DNA of 64,000 nucleotides from an uncultured Chlamydiae bacterium (GTDB lineage Bacteria; Chlamydiota; Chlamydiia; Chlamydiales; SM23-39): NCBI GenBank assembly GCA_963713105.1, contig CAVQKJ010000004.1, positions 548,035 to 612,034 of the forward strand, read 5' to 3'. Shown piece by piece: positions 58,311 to 64,000 of this stretch (position 1 is its first letter; each line of letters starts with the position of its first letter). The notes under the pieces were generated by a model. It saw only the letters and a program-made list of their open reading frames with translations, ran no database searches and was not told where the DNA came from. The position numbers and the translations under genes were made by a program.

Positions 58311-59369
58311 TTAATAATCAAAATGCACATCCAACATCCCTCCTTGCAGTACGAGCGCTGCATGAAGAGTCCCTTCTAAGAAAGTAAATACTTTGAGCTG
58401 ATCAAACCAATATTGCAACTCATACCCAACTTGGGCTCCGATAGTGGTTTGATTCTTGAGCTTGGCATCCCATCCGAGTCCCATAAGACCTTGAAACATA
58501 AATGTCCCAGACCAAGTTGTGGGATTGATGGATACGATGGAACTATTCATAGAGGTTCGTTGGATATCTTTGAAAGTCCAGCATCCCCCGAGTAGCGCAA
58601 GCGAGGCCTCTGTGAACAAATGGAATGAGTGATTCTTTATTGCACCGATCCTCCACTTGCTATCCACCCCTCCCTTAGGACCAAGACCCCAGAAATCATT
58701 TTTGATGTTTTCAGTGGCCGTGACGAGAGAAGTTGCGACCCAGTGAGAATGGATCGTTTGGAGAATCCATCCTGCTTTGATGCCAAAATGGGGCCTATAT
58801 ATGAGTCCTTTTCCAGGATCGCAATTGCGTCCTATTTCCCAGTCGATTGAATTGAGTAGAATACTCCAATCGATACGTCCCGCATCCGATGCAAATCCAA
58901 AAGTCAACCATTCTCCAAGTAAGGCCGAGGAGACAGCCGAAGTGGAATTTTGTTTAGAACCGCTATCTTTTCCAGAGGTGCGAAACCATGTGTAACTCAA
59001 TTGAGTATCCCATCGATCTCTTTCAAAATAATAAGAGAATCCTGCCCTGACTCCGAAATCCCAATCAAAAAGCACCATCTTCTGATTTTGATCAAAATTT
59101 ACAGCAGAGGCCCCTCCGCTTGTGGTGTAGGGAAAAAAGTTATTTTCTAACGCCCAGGTGGCGATTTCATCGGCTTTCCAGATGAGCATATCAGCAAAAA
59201 AATCCCATTTAGCCTCTTCTGGGCAAACAGGTTGCGAGATGGGCGGACAAACTGCATAGGATGCCTCGCCAGAGTAAGAAAACCCCGCAAGAGCCATCGA
59301 GAAAAACAGAGATGTCCAAACAGGCGCTTTAGGATTTTTTAAAAAGTTAAAAATTGCAGCGAAGATCAA
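58311..59369 (-). CDS. MOMP-like outer-membrane beta-barrel protein, tandem paralog 2 of 3
   Basis: Signal peptide. KWDFFADMLIWKADE, DFWGLGPKGGVDSKW, C-terminal ...DVHFDY. Confidence 0.6.
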   Translation of the reverse strand: MIFAAIFNFLKNPKAPVWTSLFFSMALAGFSYSGEASYAVCPPISQPVCPEEAKWDFFADMLIWKADEIATWALENNFFPYTTSGGASAVNFDQNQKMVLFDWDFGVRAGFSYYFERDRWDTQLSYTWFRTSGKDSGSKQNSTSAVSSALLGEWLTFGFASDAGRIDWSILLNSIDWEIGRNCDPGKGLIYRPHFGIKAGWILQTIHSHWVATSLVTATENIKNDFWGLGPKGGVDSKWRIGAIKNHSFHLFTEASLALLGGCWTFKDIQRTSMNSSIVSINPTTWSGTFMFQGLMGLGWDAKLKNQTTIGAQVGYELQYWFDQLKVFTFLEGTLHAALVLQGGMLDVHFDY

Positions 59370-60420
59370 AGGTTCCTCCCTGCAAGGTTAAAGCGTTGTG
59401 CTGTCTGCCGTTATAAGCCAGAAATATTTGCAAATTGTCGAACCAGAATTGGGCTTCGTATCCACATCGTAAAGAAATGGATGCTCCTTGAGAATTCAGT
59501 TTGAAGCTCCATTCTAGCCCTAGCAAATCTTGCAGCATGAAGGATCCGGCATATCTCGACTTCATATTCAGATTTGCGGCAACGGTAGTGCCAAGAACTA
59601 GAAAATCAGAAAGCGTCCAATGGCCCCACAGGAACGAAGTAGAAAAGTCTCCAAAAAGATAAAAAGAATGGCGTTTCACGCAACCCAGCCACCATTGGCT
59701 GCTGAGTCCGCACCGGGGCCCCGCTCCCCAAAAATGGTTTTGGAGCTTCTCTCTAGAGAGTACCGCCGTATCGTCAGCTAAGGGGTCGACATAGGTTGAA
59801 TGAACACCGATATCTTGATAAATCCAGCCGCCTCTGATTCCAAGGTAAGGCCGAAACGACAAGGCTTTGCTCGCTGAATATTCATGATCTACTTCAAGAT
59901 CAAAAATATTATACAACAAGTCCCACCGAGCTTCATAGCTTTTGGCTGCGAACAGCCAGAAAAGGCTGAGAAAGTCAGAGTCCGTCAGCGTGCTGGTCAA
60001 CTGAAATGCTGTGGGGATTCCAACATACCCTGGGTATGAGCCGCTTTTTTTCGTCTCTGTTCTATACCAGGTGTAGGTTAAAGAAATCCCCCATTGGTTG
60101 AGACCGATATCGGAATATCTCCCCCCAACTCTATAGCCGAAATCCCATCCAAAATTGAAATTATTTAGATTTAACGCAGTTGTAATAATATCATCGCTAG
60201 CGGTAACGGCAATAGTTGAATTGGGCAGAGTTCCAACTTCTCCCATATGCCAGTAAAGTAAATCAGCAAAAAGGTTCCAATTTTTTTCGCACGGCTCGTT
60301 CAAATAGATCGGATCATTTGAGATTTCGGGCGATTGCTGTCTGCAGGAACTGAGAGAAGCCTCCGATCTAATGACAGAAGCCAAAAGCAGAAAAAAAACC
60401 AGAATAGTGCGTTGTGCCAT
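59347..60420 (-). CDS. MOMP-like outer-membrane beta-barrel protein, tandem paralog 1 of 3
   Basis: Signal peptide. NWNLFADLLYWHMGE, HFWGAGPRCGLSSQW, C-terminal ...DLRCNF. Confidence 0.6.
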   Translation of the reverse strand: MAQRTILVFFLLLASVIRSEASLSSCRQQSPEISNDPIYLNEPCEKNWNLFADLLYWHMGEVGTLPNSTIAVTASDDIITTALNLNNFNFGWDFGYRVGGRYSDIGLNQWGISLTYTWYRTETKKSGSYPGYVGIPTAFQLTSTLTDSDFLSLFWLFAAKSYEARWDLLYNIFDLEVDHEYSASKALSFRPYLGIRGGWIYQDIGVHSTYVDPLADDTAVLSREKLQNHFWGAGPRCGLSSQWWLGCVKRHSFYLFGDFSTSFLWGHWTLSDFLVLGTTVAANLNMKSRYAGSFMLQDLLGLEWSFKLNSQGASISLRCGYEAQFWFDNLQIFLAYNGRQHNALTLQGGTFDLRCNF

Positions 60421-60597
60421 GTGATAAATAATTTTGAAAAAAAGAACTGTACGAAGAAAAATCTTTTAAGGTCAAGACCTAAGAAACAGAAACTCTGGAT
60501 GTTTGATTCAAACAGAACAACACATGGATTTCCCGTTACACAAAACAGCATGTATGAATTTCGAAAACAAGTATGCTGACGAGAAACAGACACCGGT

Positions 60598-61050
60598 TTA
60601 TTTAAGAGAAGATCCAGGCAATATTGATGTATTTGAATTAATTAAGTAAATAATCAACAAAACACCAACAAAGAAAACAAAAAACGCCAGAAATGCATCA
60701 AGATAATTAGACATTTTGTTAGTTTGATTATCAATTTGCTTTCCTGTTAATTTAAACTTGATAAAGGCAAAAATACAAAGCAGGGCTCCAATAGCCACTA
60801 GAGAAATGCCAAAAATAGAAGAATACCCTTGAAGAGTTGCGCGATTAGAACTCGCTTCCGGCAAGCCTGCATGACCCAGAAAGGCTGCGATTTCTTGTAA
60901 GAAAAAGGAAAATTTTTCGACGACAAATCCAAAAGCCATGATTCCAAGATTGGTTCTGATCCAAGCCAAGAACGTTCTCTCATTGGCTAGATGATCCCTG
61001 TACCTGAAACCATTTGCACTTTTTTCAATGTTCTTTTCTATTTCCAACAA
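60598..61050 (-). CDS. DUF202/YidH-like small membrane protein
   Basis: RDHLANERTFLAWIRT motif followed by 3 TM. Confidence 0.65.
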   Translation of the reverse strand: MLEIEKNIEKSANGFRYRDHLANERTFLAWIRTNLGIMAFGFVVEKFSFFLQEIAAFLGHAGLPEASSNRATLQGYSSIFGISLVAIGALLCIFAFIKFKLTGKQIDNQTNKMSNYLDAFLAFFVFFVGVLLIIYLINSNTSILPGSSLK

Positions 61051-61292
61051 CTACCTTTAGAAAATATCTGGGTGTTTGATTTGAACAAACGACCTATGGA
61101 TTAACAGTTTTGGGGAGCCGCCTCCGCCAAACATCTCTAAATCACTCTGGCTAACTCAAGTCTATAGGGGGATTCAGATTTTTAGTAAATATTGGTAAGC
61201 GAAGTCTTGAAAAAATTTAGCTCTTTCAACGTTACTAACCCGGCATTCAAACAAGTGACATTGGATCTCTGGCTAACAGAATTGACAAAATA

Positions 61293-61553
61293 TTGAAAAT
61301 ATTAGATTTAAATTTTAAGAACAGATTCCGGAAACAAATACAGCACAAGAGGGTTATGGACAAAAGAAAAGGCCAGTCGAATAAAAAGAGCCGCCAACTT
61401 CCGAGCGAAAAGAATCGTTCTGATCTTTTAGCTCATGAAGACAAAGATCCTACTTACCCTTTTGATCCTGTAAAAGACGAAAGAGGAAATACCCTATACG
61501 AGAAGCAAGATTCTTGGAAATCGGATCGCAAGAATAAACACAAAAAAAACTGA
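61293..61553 (+). CDS. small highly charged (Lys/Arg/Asp-rich) hypothetical protein
   Basis: 86 aa, ~40% K/R/D/E. Support is ORF length only. Confidence 0.2.
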   Translation: MKILDLNFKNRFRKQIQHKRVMDKRKGQSNKKSRQLPSEKNRSDLLAHEDKDPTYPFDPVKDERGNTLYEKQDSWKSDRKNKHKKN

Positions 61554-61565
61554 GTCTCAAAATAT

Positions 61566-62150
61566 CTAAGTTACGAATAAAACTGCGCTGATAATGAATT
61601 GAAGGCGTGCAGATATGGGAAGCGCGGGAACGGCGATCACATCGTAACCTAGGTTTGTATATGCTTTGCGGAGTCCTTCATGAATTTGGGCTGCTTGTAG
61701 TTCGTCCTCGGTTCTTGCATAATCGCTTTCATAAATCGGGAGCCTGTCGAGAAGAAAGATTCCCTTGTAACGTCTTTGAATGGCTTGCCTGGCTATATCA
61801 GAATCACCCTCGCATTGTTCTAAATAGGCAATACTATCGGGAATTCCACGCTCCCAAAATATGAGTTCATTGGGATTGGCAGCGGCTTCTACATCGATCT
61901 TCATTTGCAGGACAAGGAGCTGAAATGTGTGTTCATCTTCACGAATTTGCGACAGAACCTGCCCTTGGCTCATTTGTTCATCAATCAGAATCCGCGCTGC
62001 CTCGGGTCTGACGGCAAAGCCTTCGAAAGCAAGCGCGTCCATGAGCTTAGACTTTCCAGAAGAAGGCCCTCCAGTAATCACATACCAATTCGTTCCTAAT
62101 GAAATATTATTAGTAGAACAATCCAAAAATATCTCATCTTTTACACTCAT
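61566..62150 (-). CDS. P-loop NTPase (AAA_28 / NadR-kinase-like small ATPase)
   Basis: Walker A GGPSSGKSKL. 194 aa. Confidence 0.55.
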   Translation of the reverse strand: MSVKDEIFLDCSTNNISLGTNWYVITGGPSSGKSKLMDALAFEGFAVRPEAARILIDEQMSQGQVLSQIREDEHTFQLLVLQMKIDVEAAANPNELIFWERGIPDSIAYLEQCEGDSDIARQAIQRRYKGIFLLDRLPIYESDYARTEDELQAAQIHEGLRKAYTNLGYDVIAVPALPISARLQFIISAVLFVT

Positions 62151-62239
62151 AGTCCAACAACCTGCTATTCATGGCAACTCCTGCTATCATGCACATTCAC
62201 TGCTGTCATTTTCAATCTTCGAACGAACTTGTCCCTTGA

Positions 62240-62731
62240 TTGACCAAAAACTACCCATCAGCTACGAAACCTTTGGATAATATCCATTTCTGTCGATCTG
62301 TCCATTGCATTAAATCTGGAAAAAATATTATAATATTATTACAAAAAAATATTTTGTTATTACAGGAAAAACAAATGAGATTATTTTCTCAATATGCTCA
62401 TAGAGACCGCCCCCCGATTGAAAGTGAGCAAAAAGAGGAAAAGAAGTTGCAACGAAATTATAAATTCGATGGCATAGTAAAAAAAGCGAAGCAAATCAAT
62501 AAAGCCTTATCGAATCAATTAAACTCTCTTTCCAAAACGAAACCTCTCGGATCATTGAAAGGAATGGCTGACGCGATTTCCGATTCTCAAAAATTCCAAA
62601 ATAGCGCCGATTTCTTATCCCTTCCCATAAAGAAACAGCGACTGATGAACTTAAAATACCGCCATGCCGAAAACGAGTTGTTCGAAGCGAGAACAGCGGC
62701 CTCCCGCCAGAGAGTCGTTTACTTCGTATAG
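62240..62731 (+). CDS. hypothetical protein (probable start at M45, 62376)
   Basis: Charged, coiled-coil-like; no motif. Confidence 0.25.
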   Translation: MTKNYPSATKPLDNIHFCRSVHCIKSGKNIIILLQKNILLLQEKQMRLFSQYAHRDRPPIESEQKEEKKLQRNYKFDGIVKKAKQINKALSNQLNSLSKTKPLGSLKGMADAISDSQKFQNSADFLSLPIKKQRLMNLKYRHAENELFEARTAASRQRVVYFV

Positions 62732-62887
62732 TCTGAGACTGGTGCATAACTGCTTCTGAGGGTGAAAAAAGAGAACCGGATTAGCCCCTTTAGTTGGATA
62801 GGTTCTAGGTCCAAGGAATCTCGATTTGCACTATCTATTTTTCTAATAGCCTGATAGCCTTCAAAGACAATTTCTTTCGAAGCCATT

Positions 62888-63763
62888 ATGATGAAATGCT
62901 TTACCGCTGTTTGGACATTCATGCTTGCGGCTTTATGCGCATCCGATGAGGCCATCGACCAGCTCGCTCTAAAAAATAGCCAAGAACTAACGACGATTTA
63001 TAAGTTTCATTCGCTGGATCAAAATGTATCGTATTCCGATCAAGGTTTGACTGAATACAGCCTCTTTCCCGAACAAGCAGGCCAAACTTGGAAAATGGAA
63101 CTTTATGATTTTTCCCGCGCTGTTGACGCCAGCTACCATCGCTTACAAAATGAATGGGTCATTGTTCTAGAAGGAAATCTGAAGGTCTGTATCGATGATA
63201 AAGAAGTATCCCTTTTGCCAGGACAATTCGGCATCATTCCCGCAGGCTCCATTCATTCTTTGTTTGCAGAGAAAGAAGGCTCCCGGTTTTTACTAGTTCA
63301 TATGCCCGGATATAATTTTCCAAAAGATCGGTTCTACGATATTCCTCAACCAGACGCGGTAAAAAAAATAAAACCCGCTCAAATAACATCTCCATTCTTT
63401 ATCGACCGCACAATAAACCTGCCAACAGACGTTCTAAAGACGCTCGAACGGACAATCCCGTTAGATCCAAATTCCTATCATTCGAAGATTGAAGCAGAGG
63501 GCTTGACCGTTTATTCGATCATCCCAGCAGATACTGCTGGAAATCGCTGGAGTATCGACATTTTAGAACTGGATCGCAAAAATATTCTTGTTGGTGTTGG
63601 AAAATCATCGCGATTTATTGTTTTGAACGGTGCGGCATCCATCGAAATTCAAGGAGAAAAATTTCAATTGATCCCAGGACAATCTGTGAGAACTTCTGAG
63701 ACTCAGCTATCTCTCTCCCCTGATGGATTGCCAGTCCGTTTATTAAGGATATCTCACTTTTAG
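62888..63763 (+). CDS. secreted bicupin (two cupin barrels)
   Basis: Signal peptide. Two segments with cupin-like G(x)5-PxG-H patterns (IIPAGSIHSL and QLIPGQSV). Confidence 0.45.
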   Translation: MMKCFTAVWTFMLAALCASDEAIDQLALKNSQELTTIYKFHSLDQNVSYSDQGLTEYSLFPEQAGQTWKMELYDFSRAVDASYHRLQNEWVIVLEGNLKVCIDDKEVSLLPGQFGIIPAGSIHSLFAEKEGSRFLLVHMPGYNFPKDRFYDIPQPDAVKKIKPAQITSPFFIDRTINLPTDVLKTLERTIPLDPNSYHSKIEAEGLTVYSIIPADTAGNRWSIDILELDRKNILVGVGKSSRFIVLNGAASIEIQGEKFQLIPGQSVRTSETQLSLSPDGLPVRLLRISHF

Positions 63764-64000
63764 AGACCGACCTTGCCCCCTCCGAGCGAAATCTTCAAAT
63801 GCAGCTCGCCCCATTAATGTCTCTTATCAAAAAAAAATTGACTGACGGATGAATCTTCGATAAAATGAATTCCCATTTCATCGATTTACACAAAAGGAAT
63901 CGCTTTATGAAAAAGTCGTTGCCTCCACTCACTGCGAATAGAGGCAAAAGAGATGAATTCCATCGGTTGATGAAAGTCTGCTTGTTCTTAAACACCATTC

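Noticed and set aside
61067-61150. Possible tRNA gene (T-arm-like GTTTGTTCAAATCAAAC + ACCCAGA on minus strand)
   Set aside because: No complementary 5' acceptor strand, D-arm or anticodon arm could be found. At most a tRNA-3' fragment.
1-64000. CRISPR arrays, rRNA genes, complete tRNA genes, prophage or integrase genes
   Set aside because: No regularly spaced direct repeats, no rRNA-like conserved blocks and no recombinase or transposase-sized ORFs were seen anywhere in the window.

Overview
The window is about 47-48% GC and the gene content looks like a Chlamydia-like or other obligate intracellular bacterium. That lineage call is an inference from gene content (Pmp-like autotransporters with Gly-rich passengers, a multigene MOMP-like beta-barrel family, an ankyrin-repeat protein, a eukaryote-like tyrosine phosphatase, Inc-like hydrophobic proteins).

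Main blocks, in order:
(1) 1-10179, minus strand: one co-directional de novo purine operon, purM - purS/L fusion - purQ - purH - purC/E fusion - purD - purN - purF, with purF running off the window. purL and purM each carry an apparent 1-nt frameshift.
(2) 10.3-14.3 kb: lnt-like gene, a SAM methyltransferase, an NTF2-like protein and an OprB-like porin.
(3) 14.6-17.3 kb: a Pmp-like autotransporter split at a G6 homopolymer tract.
(4) 17.8-24.4 kb: formamidase, then a duplicated two-gene module of a MOMP-like OMP plus a secreted histidine-phosphatase-like protein.
(5) 24.5-31.5 kb: three putative glycosyltransferases, a CX5R tyrosine phosphatase, a GMC oxidoreductase and a CPxCP-repeat OMP.
(6) 33.7-39.1 kb: argR, convergent argG-argH, and a divergent amino-acid ABC transporter, with a perfect ARG box between the two operons.
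(7) 39-49 kb: ankyrin protein, a protein built from four tandem ~90-aa repeats, an alpha/beta hydrolase, an inverse-autotransporter-like adhesin, a sulfotransferase, and a 1207-aa Gly-rich autotransporter.
(8) 49-52.6 kb: lineage-specific hypothetical proteins, including a TPP riboswitch (THI-box) placed directly on the start of a two-gene operon of unknown function. I consider this the strongest candidate for an undescribed system.
(9) 52.5-56.7 kb: transketolase, an APH-family kinase and a Na+/alanine symporter.
(10) 57.2-60.4 kb: a tandem array of three MOMP-like OMP paralogs.
(11) 60.6-64 kb: DUF202 protein, a P-loop protein and a bicupin.

Non-genic structure: a 161-bp MITE with 28-bp terminal inverted repeats in two inverted copies; a ~95-bp intergenic repeat family in three copies; a 166-bp perfect-ended palindrome; and several hairpins.

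No rRNA genes, complete tRNA genes or CRISPR arrays were seen.
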